From contig JANXWX010000034.1 of assembly GCA_025350915.1 (NCBI GenBank), positions 8,677-72,676 of the forward strand: a DNA stretch of 64,000 bases. The letters are read 5' to 3'. A program made the translations under genes and the position numbers. How positions within the stretch are numbered: position 1 is the stretch's first letter; every line of letters starts with the position of its first letter. The DNA is from Nitrosomonadales bacterium. GTDB lineage: Bacteria; Pseudomonadota; Gammaproteobacteria; Burkholderiales; Gallionellaceae. Of this stretch, positions 1 to 7,694 are shown one piece after another. The notes under the pieces are model-generated. The model had not been told where the DNA came from, searched no databases, and was given only the letters and a program-made list of their open reading frames with translations.

Positions 1-460
1 ATATTTTGTCCTGTTCCACCGCGACAATGACATCGGCAGGTTTGATCACCTCACTGCGCGAGCGTATTGCACCCTTTGAGGTGCCTGTGGCAACAACCCT
101 CTCATCGGTGCTGAACGTATGGTTCATGTAAAAAAATTTATCATCCCAGTGCGTCACCACCAATTCCGCGGTGTAACGCTCGAACGGGTGCAGTGATTTT
201 TTGTACGTCATCGTATGTTCCGCAATCACAGGAAACCATTTGCGCTTGCGCATGGTTTTAACCAGACCGGTGCGAATAAACAGATCTACCCGGTTCAAGT
301 CACAAATCGTCAGGTAGCGGCCGTTGTTCATGTGAATATTCAGGTCGAGGTCATTGGGCAGTACCCTTAAACGCAAGATGCTTGTTGAATTTTCTATGGA
401 CAGGCGCTCCCTGAACAGGGAATAAATATATACGTAGAGCAAACGAAAGATCAGGTTCAT
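1..460 (-). CDS. hotdog-fold thioesterase-like protein, C-terminus beyond window edge
   Basis: My own reverse-strand translation starts at the ATG at 458-460: MNLIFRLLYVYIYSLFRERLSIENSTSILRLRVLPNDLDLNIHMNNGRYLTICDLNRVDLFIRTGLVKTMRKRKWFPVIAEHTMTYKKSL... It stays open to base 1 with no stop. The LPNDLD..HMNNGRYL..DL.R.D pattern is typical of 4HBT-type acyl-CoA thioesterase family proteins. It is missing from the ORF track only because it is open-ended. Confidence 0.6.
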   Translation of the reverse strand, partial: MNLIFRLLYVYIYSLFRERLSIENSTSILRLRVLPNDLDLNIHMNNGRYLTICDLNRVDLFIRTGLVKTMRKRKWFPVIAEHTMTYKKSLHPFERYTAELVVTHWDDKFFYMNHTFSTDERVVATGTSKGAIRSRSEVIKPADVIVAVEQDKI

Positions 461-461
461 A

Positions 462-1376
462 TTAGTCTCTCATTTCCCGGCCAGTGAGTTTGATGAATAC
501 ATCTTCCAGATTGGCCGGGCGATGCATATAACGCAGCGCTGCATGTGCCTGTAAATGAGCTACCAGAGGCTGTGCATCCTGGACATAACAAAACGCTGTT
601 TCACCACTGATCTCGTGACGCTGAGAAAATTTCGCTGCATGCGCCGTTGCCCATTCTGCAACCTGGTCGCCAAACACTTCGACCACTTGCGGTTCGATAT
701 TGTGCTTGATCATGTCGCGCGGTGTATCTTCCGCAATCATACGGCCATGGTCGAGTATGGCAAGCCGGTGGCATAAACGCTCGGCTTCTTCCATAAAGTG
801 TGTGGTCAGCAACAAAGTTTTTCCCTGCGACGTGAGTTCGCGCAGCCGTTGCCAAATCAAGTGACGTGCCTGCGGGTCAAGGCCTGTCGTCGGTTCGTCC
901 AGAAAAATAATATCCGGGTCATTTACCAGTGCGCGCGCCAGACTTAATCTGCGCTTCATACCGCCGGAAAGGGTGGGTACCATTGCGCTGCGCTTACTGG
1001 TGAGGTTGGAAAATTCCAGCAGCATCGGAATGCGTGATTTGATTTCTTTTTCGCTCATACCGAAATAGCGGCCGTAAACCAGCAGGTTTTCTTCCACCGT
1101 AAAGTCGGGATCGAGGTTGTCGATCTGTGGCACTACGCCGATACGCAAACGCGCTTCACGCGCGAAATGCGGCACATCGTGGTTTAGCAATCTAACCGTG
1201 CCGCCATCCGGGTCGGTCAAGCCGAGCAACAAACGCAGCGTGGTAGATTTTCCCGCGCCATTCGGGCCGAGCAGGCCATAGCATTCACCTCGCTTGATGT
1301 GGATACTGATGTCATCAACAACGCGCAGGCCAGCATAAGATTTGTGCAGATGGTTAACTTCGATGATGGCAGTCAT
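462..1376 (-). CDS. ABC transporter ATP-binding protein (NodI / ABC-2 exporter type)
   Basis: 304-aa ORF. Walker [10 protein letters not shown], signature LSGGMKRRL, Walker [14 protein letters not shown]-loop TTHFMEEA. It overlaps the upstream hydrolase gene by 4 nt. No permease gene lies adjacent inside the window. Confidence 0.92.
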   Translation of the reverse strand: MTAIIEVNHLHKSYAGLRVVDDISIHIKRGECYGLLGPNGAGKSTTLRLLLGLTDPDGGTVRLLNHDVPHFAREARLRIGVVPQIDNLDPDFTVEENLLVYGRYFGMSEKEIKSRIPMLLEFSNLTSKRSAMVPTLSGGMKRRLSLARALVNDPDIIFLDEPTTGLDPQARHLIWQRLRELTSQGKTLLLTTHFMEEAERLCHRLAILDHGRMIAEDTPRDMIKHNIEPQVVEVFGDQVAEWATAHAAKFSQRHEISGETAFCYVQDAQPLVAHLQAHAALRYMHRPANLEDVFIKLTGREMRD

Positions 1377-1987
1377 AAGGTATGCCCGGAAAAGTATTGG
1401 CTAACGATCGCTTTAATCTGGTGCAAATGACCGTGGAAAAAATGCGTTGCTTCGGGTACAAGCTGTATGGTCAGTTGCTGTGGGCGAGCCCAGTTAAGCG
1501 CCTCGGTCAAGGGGATAACCTCATCCAGTTCACCGTGGATGACCAGTGTATTCGCGGCGACCTGCGGCATCGCAAAGCGACCCACAGCCGGGGCGACCAA
1601 GATAAGCGCATTAGGTTGCAATGCAGCAGCAACCCGTGCCTGCACGTAACCGCCAAAAGAAAATCCGGCAAGAATCAGCGGCAATTGACCAAACTCTTGC
1701 TGTGCATAGTTCACCACCGAGAACACATCTTCCACTTCACCATTGCCTTCGTCAAAACTGCCACTGCTTTCACCCACCCCGCGGAAATTAAAGCGCAGGG
1801 CGACAAAACCCAGTTCCACAAAGGTTTTGACCAGCGTGGTGACAACCTTATTGTCCATGGTGCCACCCATGGTCGACAGCGGGTGTGCGACGATTGCGAT
1901 AGCGCGCGGCGCGCTTGGGGGCAGATGCGCCACCCCATACAAATTACCCGAAGGGGCAGGGATAGAAAATTTATGCTCCGCCTTCAT
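1373..1987 (-). CDS. alpha/beta-fold hydrolase
   Basis: 204-aa ORF. The nucleophile elbow GFSFGG, with later HGELDEVIP and ATHFFHGH, fits a Ser-Asp-His triad. 4-nt overlaps with both neighbours imply one operon. Confidence 0.8.
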   Translation of the reverse strand: MKAEHKFSIPAPSGNLYGVAHLPPSAPRAIAIVAHPLSTMGGTMDNKVVTTLVKTFVELGFVALRFNFRGVGESSGSFDEGNGEVEDVFSVVNYAQQEFGQLPLILAGFSFGGYVQARVAAALQPNALILVAPAVGRFAMPQVAANTLVIHGELDEVIPLTEALNWARPQQLTIQLVPEATHFFHGHLHQIKAIVSQYFSGHTL

Positions 1988-2295
1988 AGTTTAAGGCGTT
2001 CCACGATACGACCATGTTTGAGATGTTCTTCAATAATTTCATCCAGATCATGCTCGTCCACATAGGTGTACCACACCGCCTCGGGATAAACGACCAATAC
2101 CGGGCCGTCTTCACACCTGTCCATGCAGCCAGCCGAATTTATTCGTATGCGATGTTCATCGGAAGAAAGCCCCATTTTATTTACCTTGCTTTTGACATAG
2201 TCGCGCATTTTCTGCGCGTTAAAATTGTTGCAGCAGGCTTCGCCGCCTTCACGCTGGTTGGTACAAAAAAATACATGGTGCTCGAAATAAGGCAT
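1984..2295 (-). CDS. thioredoxin-like [2Fe-2S] ferredoxin domain protein
   Basis: 103-aa ORF. The cysteine pattern HHVFFCTNQR..ACC...AGCMDRCEDGPV and the VVYPE..WY segment are typical of (2Fe-2S) ferredoxin-domain proteins. Confidence 0.8.
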   Translation of the reverse strand: MPYFEHHVFFCTNQREGGEACCNNFNAQKMRDYVKSKVNKMGLSSDEHRIRINSAGCMDRCEDGPVLVVYPEAVWYTYVDEHDLDEIIEEHLKHGRIVERLKL

Positions 2296-2352
2296 CGCGG
2301 AATTTATGAGGTTAAAGTTGAAGGGTGCAGCAGAAACGAAGGCGATATTTTA

Positions 2353-3426
2353 CTACTTTCGCTGCAAGGCCGTACGCCACAGATACACAAGCAACAGGAC
2401 AGGGAACAACAAATTAACCAGTTGGGTTAGGCCGTTATAGTTGAGCATGTGCAAGTAATGCCAGTGATACAAGCGCATAGCGGTGGAAGGTGAGCCGCTA
2501 AACAGCATATTTTGCACCAACATCAGGTAAGTCAGCGCTGCGATGCTGCTGATGCCCAGCAGCCAAGTGCGCGGAAGTTGCATGGTGATCATCAGTAATG
2601 CGATTCCTGCCGGCAACCCAAGCATTGCTTCGCTATCCAGCCATAAAAACAATGCCCACGATTTGAGCAAAATAGCCGCGGCGATAAACTTAATCAACAT
2701 GACGGTGCCAAGCACCACTAACAATAAATTGATCATATTTCGCCGCTCGCGCATGAGTGTTAACAGCAACAAGCCGAGCAACATTAAATTGAGCGCTACT
2801 TCGGAAAATTTGATGAAGCTGAAGGGTGACACTGGCACGATGTCAAAGGGCCAGCGAGCCACCGCGCTGACAAACATGCTGCCCAGCATGGGTAATGAAG
2901 GGTTGGATTGGGCGAATATCCATAAAAAGACCAGTGCCAGGCCGAAATCACTCAGCCTGCCATGCTTGAACCATGCGTCATGCAAAAGCTTGAAACGAGC
3001 CAGCCAAGTATGGCTTGAGAGAAATAAAGAAAAAGCCGTGCCACAGAAAGATCCGGCCGTGTTACTGAGCAAATCGCTATTTGAACTGACACGTGAGGGC
3101 AGATATATCTGCGCGTATTCCAGCAGCAGTGATAAACATAAACCGGATAAGGTAGCAAACAGCAGTGCATAAAAAGTGGAATAGCGGTAGCGAAACAAAT
3201 AGGCCAGCAAAATGCCAAAAGGCAAATACGCCAGGCCATTAATCGTAAAATCAAACCAGGTGAAGGTCTGGTAAATGGGCGCAGTTAACACATCAATAAA
3301 TGACAAGCCCTGCTCTTGCCATCCTGTAAACGGGATCAGGCTTGCATAGACGATAAACAGGGCGTAGCACACCGCAAGATAGCGGTGCAGTCGGTAGCGC
3401 GGGGTTAAATTGGTGATATCTCTCAA
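2353..3426 (-). CDS. VanZ family multi-pass membrane protein
   Basis: 357-aa very hydrophobic ORF. The N-terminal third contains the VanZ-like stretch LLLEYAQIYLPSRVSSNSDLLSNTAGSFCG. The C-terminal half adds further predicted TM helices. Confidence 0.72.
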   Translation of the reverse strand: MRDITNLTPRYRLHRYLAVCYALFIVYASLIPFTGWQEQGLSFIDVLTAPIYQTFTWFDFTINGLAYLPFGILLAYLFRYRYSTFYALLFATLSGLCLSLLLEYAQIYLPSRVSSNSDLLSNTAGSFCGTAFSLFLSSHTWLARFKLLHDAWFKHGRLSDFGLALVFLWIFAQSNPSLPMLGSMFVSAVARWPFDIVPVSPFSFIKFSEVALNLMLLGLLLLTLMRERRNMINLLLVVLGTVMLIKFIAAAILLKSWALFLWLDSEAMLGLPAGIALLMITMQLPRTWLLGISSIAALTYLMLVQNMLFSGSPSTAMRLYHWHYLHMLNYNGLTQLVNLLFPVLLLVYLWRTALQRK

Positions 3427-3585
3427 TTTGTATCCGTGTGAAATGTACTAGCCCTTGCAGGTTAATTGCACTATATGTTTTTGTCAAAAACATCAGCATA
3501 ATCATGTAAATCCGGCGTTGAGAATCATCGCCGCAAATGCGCAGGCGCATGCCTTCAGTATAAACACAATGCAGCTGAAATCGAC

Positions 3586-3969
3586 ATGACAAAAAAAATT
3601 GCGGGAATATTTTTAATATTGATAGCCAGTGGCGTATGGCTCTATCTGGATTTGCTTAACAAGCAGGAGTTGGGTAGCGCAGAACAAATACATCTGAGTG
3701 TAGAAACAGCGCGGGCAGAAGCCAAAAAACGGGCAGACATGAAGGAGAATTTTGAAAATCTCACGCTTATCTATTTAAATCACTGTCAGGTTGCAGCTGA
3801 AGATGCAAACAACAACTATATGGAAGTTGCGGAATTGGCAATGGCACCACGTAAAAATGGAAAGAAAGATGTACCGCAAATATTGGAAGAGGAGGCGGAA
3901 AAAATAAAAACGGCAGCAATGGCAGTATGCCAGAAAATATATAACGGACGCTTGCAAAGCGGTATATAA
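3586..3969 (+). CDS. hypothetical membrane-anchored protein
   Basis: 127-aa ORF with an N-terminal hydrophobic anchor (IAGIFLILIASGVWLYL) followed by a charged helical region. No recognisable family motif. Confidence 0.5.
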   Translation: MTKKIAGIFLILIASGVWLYLDLLNKQELGSAEQIHLSVETARAEAKKRADMKENFENLTLIYLNHCQVAAEDANNNYMEVAELAMAPRKNGKKDVPQILEEEAEKIKTAAMAVCQKIYNGRLQSGI

Positions 3970-4075
3970 GTTAATATTACGATAATGCAGCATGTTAAAA
4001 ATATGCAGAAAAACTAAACGCAGCGAAGTGCAAACCACTTTGCATTTCGCTATATAACCCGCATAGAAAGCCATT

Positions 4076-4996
4076 ATGTCAAAGATCCTGGCAACACTGT
4101 TCATGTCATCCGTATTCATTTTTTCAAGTAACGCGATAAATGCAGAAACCCCATCTGCTGATGGCGGTATGACCGCAGAGCAATTTCTTGCTACGCTTAA
4201 ATTCCAGAATGGAAAAATTACCTTACCCAATAACATCGCAACCCTGGATATGCCGCCGTCATTTCGCTATCTTGACCCTGCAGATACAGAGAAAATTCTG
4301 GTCAATGCATGGGGTAATCCCCCCGGCAGTAAAACATTGGGCATGATACTTCCATCAGACGTCAGCCCGCTTACAGAAAATAGCTGGGGCGTCATCATTT
4401 CCTACACCGACGATGGTCATATCAAGGATGATGATGCCGACAGCATAAAATATGACGATCTGCTCAAGGATATGCAAGACGCAGTAAAAGAGGCCAATGA
4501 AGCACGCAAGCAAAAAGGTTATGAAGCGATGACGTTGCTAGGCTGGGCAGAAGCACCCCACTACGATAAAGCGAGCCACAAATTTTACTGGGCTAAAGAG
4601 TACGTCACCGAAACACAGACAGGCACACATTCGCTGAATTACAACATCCGCGTATTGGGACGCAAAGGCGTGCTGGTATTAAATGCGGTGGCGGGTATGA
4701 ACCAGATTGATGCGATCAAAGGTGAAATGAAAAATGTCGTGGCCTTTACTGATTTTACCGCAGGCAATGGCTATAAGGACTTTGATGTGAGCACAGACAA
4801 AGTTGCCGAATACGGGTTGGCTGCGCTGGTTGCAGGCGGCGTGGCAGCCAAGCTGGGCTTCTTCGGCAAGATATTTGCGTTCCTGCTGCTGTTTAAGAAG
4901 TTCGTATTGATTGGCTTGGCCGCAGTTGGGGCCGGTTTCTATAAATTAATTGGCCGCAACAAAAAAGAAGCAAAGAACGAGAACGATCAAGCGTAG
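4076..4996 (+). CDS. DUF2167-type membrane-anchored protein
   Basis: 306-aa ORF. It has a signal peptide (LFMSSVFIFSSNAINA), a soluble domain with SWGVIISYTDDGHIKDDDADSIKYDDLLKDMQ, and C-terminal TM helices. This layout and motif match DUF2167 proteins as I remember them. Confidence 0.72.
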   Translation: MSKILATLFMSSVFIFSSNAINAETPSADGGMTAEQFLATLKFQNGKITLPNNIATLDMPPSFRYLDPADTEKILVNAWGNPPGSKTLGMILPSDVSPLTENSWGVIISYTDDGHIKDDDADSIKYDDLLKDMQDAVKEANEARKQKGYEAMTLLGWAEAPHYDKASHKFYWAKEYVTETQTGTHSLNYNIRVLGRKGVLVLNAVAGMNQIDAIKGEMKNVVAFTDFTAGNGYKDFDVSTDKVAEYGLAALVAGGVAAKLGFFGKIFAFLLLFKKFVLIGLAAVGAGFYKLIGRNKKEAKNENDQA

Positions 4997-5011
4997 CATT
5001 AGCCGTGCCAC

Positions 5012-5047
5012 AAAACCCCTGCAGAGAAAATTGCAGGGTTTTTTTTG
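5012..5047. terminator. bidirectional rho-independent terminator between convergent genes
   Basis: The sequence is aaaa-CCCTGCA-gagaaaat-TGCAGGG-tttttttt. A 7-bp GC-rich stem is flanked by an A-run and a T8 run. It sits in the 52-nt gap between the stops at 4996 (+) and 5049 (-). Confidence 0.65.
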
Positions 5048-5048
5048 G

Positions 5049-5588
5049 CTATTTCATACGCGAAGGCAATTTGATCGTTTCACCCGCAACCATAAATTTA
5101 CCCTTGCCGCGATGATGAAGTGTCTGCGGATTTTTTATCGCAGGATCCACCCACGCCTTGAGTACTTCAAGAATAAAAAAGTTATACGAGTTGACCAGCC
5201 GTGTATCTACAACTTTGCACTCCAGGCTGGCATAGCACTCTGCAAGCAGTGGAGCCTGCACCAGGCTTGCACCAACCGGCGTCAAACCGGTGCGCGCAAA
5301 CTTGTCCACCTTGCGCCCGCTACAGTTGCCGATGGTCACCACCTGCTTGGCTAAATCAACGGTCGGAATATTGATCACGCATTCGCGTGTGGCTTTCAGG
5401 GCTGCAAACGAATAGTTGTTGCCACTGATCAGACAACCCACCAAAGGCGGTTCAAACTCCATCATCATGTGCCATGACTGCGTCATGATATTGTGCGCAC
5501 CTTTATGGGAGGTGGTGATCAACACAACAGGGCCGGGTTCCAGCAAGGTGTAGACTTTGCCTAGAGGGAAGGATTTTTTCTTCTTCAT
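5049..5588 (-). CDS. flavin reductase family protein (FMN-binding split barrel)
   Basis: 179-aa ORF. PGPVVLITTSHKGAHNIMTQSWHMMMEFEPPLVGCLIS and RTGLTPV...APLLAECYASLECKV follow the flavin reductase-like domain pattern. Confidence 0.85.
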   Translation of the reverse strand: MKKKKSFPLGKVYTLLEPGPVVLITTSHKGAHNIMTQSWHMMMEFEPPLVGCLISGNNYSFAALKATRECVINIPTVDLAKQVVTIGNCSGRKVDKFARTGLTPVGASLVQAPLLAECYASLECKVVDTRLVNSYNFFILEVLKAWVDPAIKNPQTLHHRGKGKFMVAGETIKLPSRMK

Positions 5589-5816
5589 TACGGTTTCCTT
5601 TAAGTGTGCACAATACCCTGTTAGTTGTCAGTACAGTGACTTTTTAAGTCGGTAAAATCGATAGTAGTGAATGGCTGTTTTTCGGTGCGGACACACGCTC
5701 CTTCATTTCGGAAGGGCCGCTTTCTAAGTATTCCCGCCTTTCGTCCTACGATGCTCCCCGCCTTAAAACAGACCTTGGAACTGTGATATCACTTCGCGCA
5801 CAAGAACCAAATCGAT

Positions 5817-6527
5817 TTAAGAAAAGCCTTCAACAATATAAGTTGCGCCAAGTGAATTTGCCCATACTTGATCGAGTAAGGAGCGCGACGATGTGCTGGC
5901 TTTGTCATGCAGAGCATTCAAGAATGGAATGATACAAAGTTTCTGGCTTGCAATTATGGGAGCATTCCATCCAGGAGAATTCTTTAATTCTGCCCAATCT
6001 TCTGGGTAAAAATTTGCTACCACCACCTCACAAAGCAACACAACATCCAAAGGAAAATACAACCATCTTGGTTCTTTAATTGGCACTTCAAAAGTCTTGG
6101 TGTACCCAGGTGTATGCCCCCCAAATTGTAGGTGGAAGAGCGGGCCTTCCTGAAATTGATTCTTTGGGGAATTTGCGAAATCAATATGATGCTTGATTAA
6201 GACATTACCTTCGTCATCCAATACCTCCAATGCAAGATCAAGACGTTTAAAACAGACACCTCCTGCAGGGCTTCGATGGACACTGATGGAGGCATATATC
6301 TGTGGCTGAATAGTCTTATTTAAATGTCGATCATGTTTGCGCTTGAATACAATAGGATTAGATTTTGAAATTTCATATGACCATATGAATTTCTCTTTCG
6401 CATTAGCAACAGTGATTCTGGCTAATTCCTCAAAAACGTTCCCAGCCTCAATGATCTTCTTTTGATGAAGTGCCCGACCAGTCTGTCGAAGCGCATCTGC
6501 CATTTCTTTAGCAGTTGGGACACTCAT
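5817..6527 (-). CDS. hypothetical protein, last gene of the methyltransferase/GHKL-kinase operon
   Basis: 236-aa ORF. Its ATG overlaps the stop of the upstream gene (ATGA at 6524-6527). I recognise no motif. It has no TM segment and no signal peptide. Confidence 0.7.
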   Translation of the reverse strand: MSVPTAKEMADALRQTGRALHQKKIIEAGNVFEELARITVANAKEKFIWSYEISKSNPIVFKRKHDRHLNKTIQPQIYASISVHRSPAGGVCFKRLDLALEVLDDEGNVLIKHHIDFANSPKNQFQEGPLFHLQFGGHTPGYTKTFEVPIKEPRWLYFPLDVVLLCEVVVANFYPEDWAELKNSPGWNAPIIASQKLCIIPFLNALHDKASTSSRSLLDQVWANSLGATYIVEGFS

Positions 6528-7690
6528 GATGGCATCTGAGTTTGCGGTTGAATTTTTCCGTTCCTGATTTTTTCAGCCAGACTTTCATCGGAATCATCGA
6601 TAACCAAATCACGGCTTTCATAGGCACCGGTCTGAATACAGTACCAGCAAATTCTTGATGGCTCCAAGAAAGGTTGATAGTTGGCATCGTAGCCCAAAAC
6701 AGAATGTTTCAGCTCGGTGGGGTGATCGCAACTTGAACAGGCAACCCAGAAATATTCATCTGAAGATTTACTCCACTTGGATATAGCAGGCTTTAGCTCG
6801 ATCTGTAGTGCATTCGATAGCTTCGCGACCCTTTCAGAACCTGCCAACGAGCCTAATGACGCACCCAAAGTTTCTTTGCTCCATGCATCTAGCCGATGCC
6901 ACCACCAGCGCGGCCACCCCTCACATAACAGACCGCTATAGCCTAGTTTAAAATCAAACAGCTTGGCTTTAAGCTGGGGAATATTGGGAGAGTCTGGAGA
7001 TACACCAAGCCTCGCCAATAAATGCTCATCAGACAATAGGATGCCGGGGCGCCGAATCAACAACGCCATTACCTTCGCGACGATTTGATGGGGGTATTGG
7101 ATTTTAGCGATGGCACGTATTGCTTGATGATTTAACACCATCTCAGCCTCATGCGAATCCAGCTCAAGATGGATATTTGGCGCAACGGGATTATTATTGT
7201 TCTTGGTATAACTGGCATGAATAGTTTTATAAGCTGTCGCCATACTTGCTATACGACTGGCTGCCAGCGCTAACGGCTGCGGAGAGACGAGCTCTTCTTT
7301 CGATATAACAAGATCAAAAAGATCTTCTGCCGTCAAGTCAGCATGAAAAATACGTTTTATATAATCTTCTTGTGAAAGCAGAATAAGCGGCAAGTCACAG
7401 TTCGGTTGGTCAATAGCACGGTCACGTATCTGTTGAGCTAAAGCGCTTGCACGATATTTATTTTTTTGCCCCCCACCTTCAGCATCCTTGATCGGTACTT
7501 CGTCAAGACGAAAGTCAATTGCGGCAAAGTCGTAATGTTGATCTATTAAATGACCCGCAAGTTCGGTCACTTCATGTTCGGGTAGGCGAAATTCGATATT
7601 CAGCTGGCCACTTGAGTTGTTGGTAAGCAACTCGGCATATTTCTTTTCCTCTTCCTTGTCATCAATAAAAACACCTTTAAACAAGATCAC
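6524..7690 (-). CDS. receiver (REC)-like domain protein with C-terminal CxxC...CxxC zinc-ribbon / possible His-Me finger
   Basis: 388-aa ORF. The N-terminus has VFIDD (D10 D11), AAIDFRL (D59), PLILLSQ (S106) and DLVISKEE (K131), matching CheY-like positions. The C-terminus has CEGWPRWWWHRLDAW and C318-SS-C-DH..N337..C348-WY-C351. The track start is GTG at 7690. TTG at 7684 has better spacing to the AGGAGG box at 7689-7694. Confidence 0.7.
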   Translation of the reverse strand: MILFKGVFIDDKEEEKKYAELLTNNSSGQLNIEFRLPEHEVTELAGHLIDQHYDFAAIDFRLDEVPIKDAEGGGQKNKYRASALAQQIRDRAIDQPNCDLPLILLSQEDYIKRIFHADLTAEDLFDLVISKEELVSPQPLALAASRIASMATAYKTIHASYTKNNNNPVAPNIHLELDSHEAEMVLNHQAIRAIAKIQYPHQIVAKVMALLIRRPGILLSDEHLLARLGVSPDSPNIPQLKAKLFDFKLGYSGLLCEGWPRWWWHRLDAWSKETLGASLGSLAGSERVAKLSNALQIELKPAISKWSKSSDEYFWVACSSCDHPTELKHSVLGYDANYQPFLEPSRICWYCIQTGAYESRDLVIDDSDESLAEKIRNGKIQPQTQMPS

Positions 7691-7694
7691 CTCC

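Noticed and set aside
5783-5792. A 10-bp perfect palindrome, GTGATATCAC, lies 25 nt downstream of the last operon gene.
   Set aside because: It is too short and has no loop, so it cannot form a terminator hairpin. A single occurrence like this could arise by chance.
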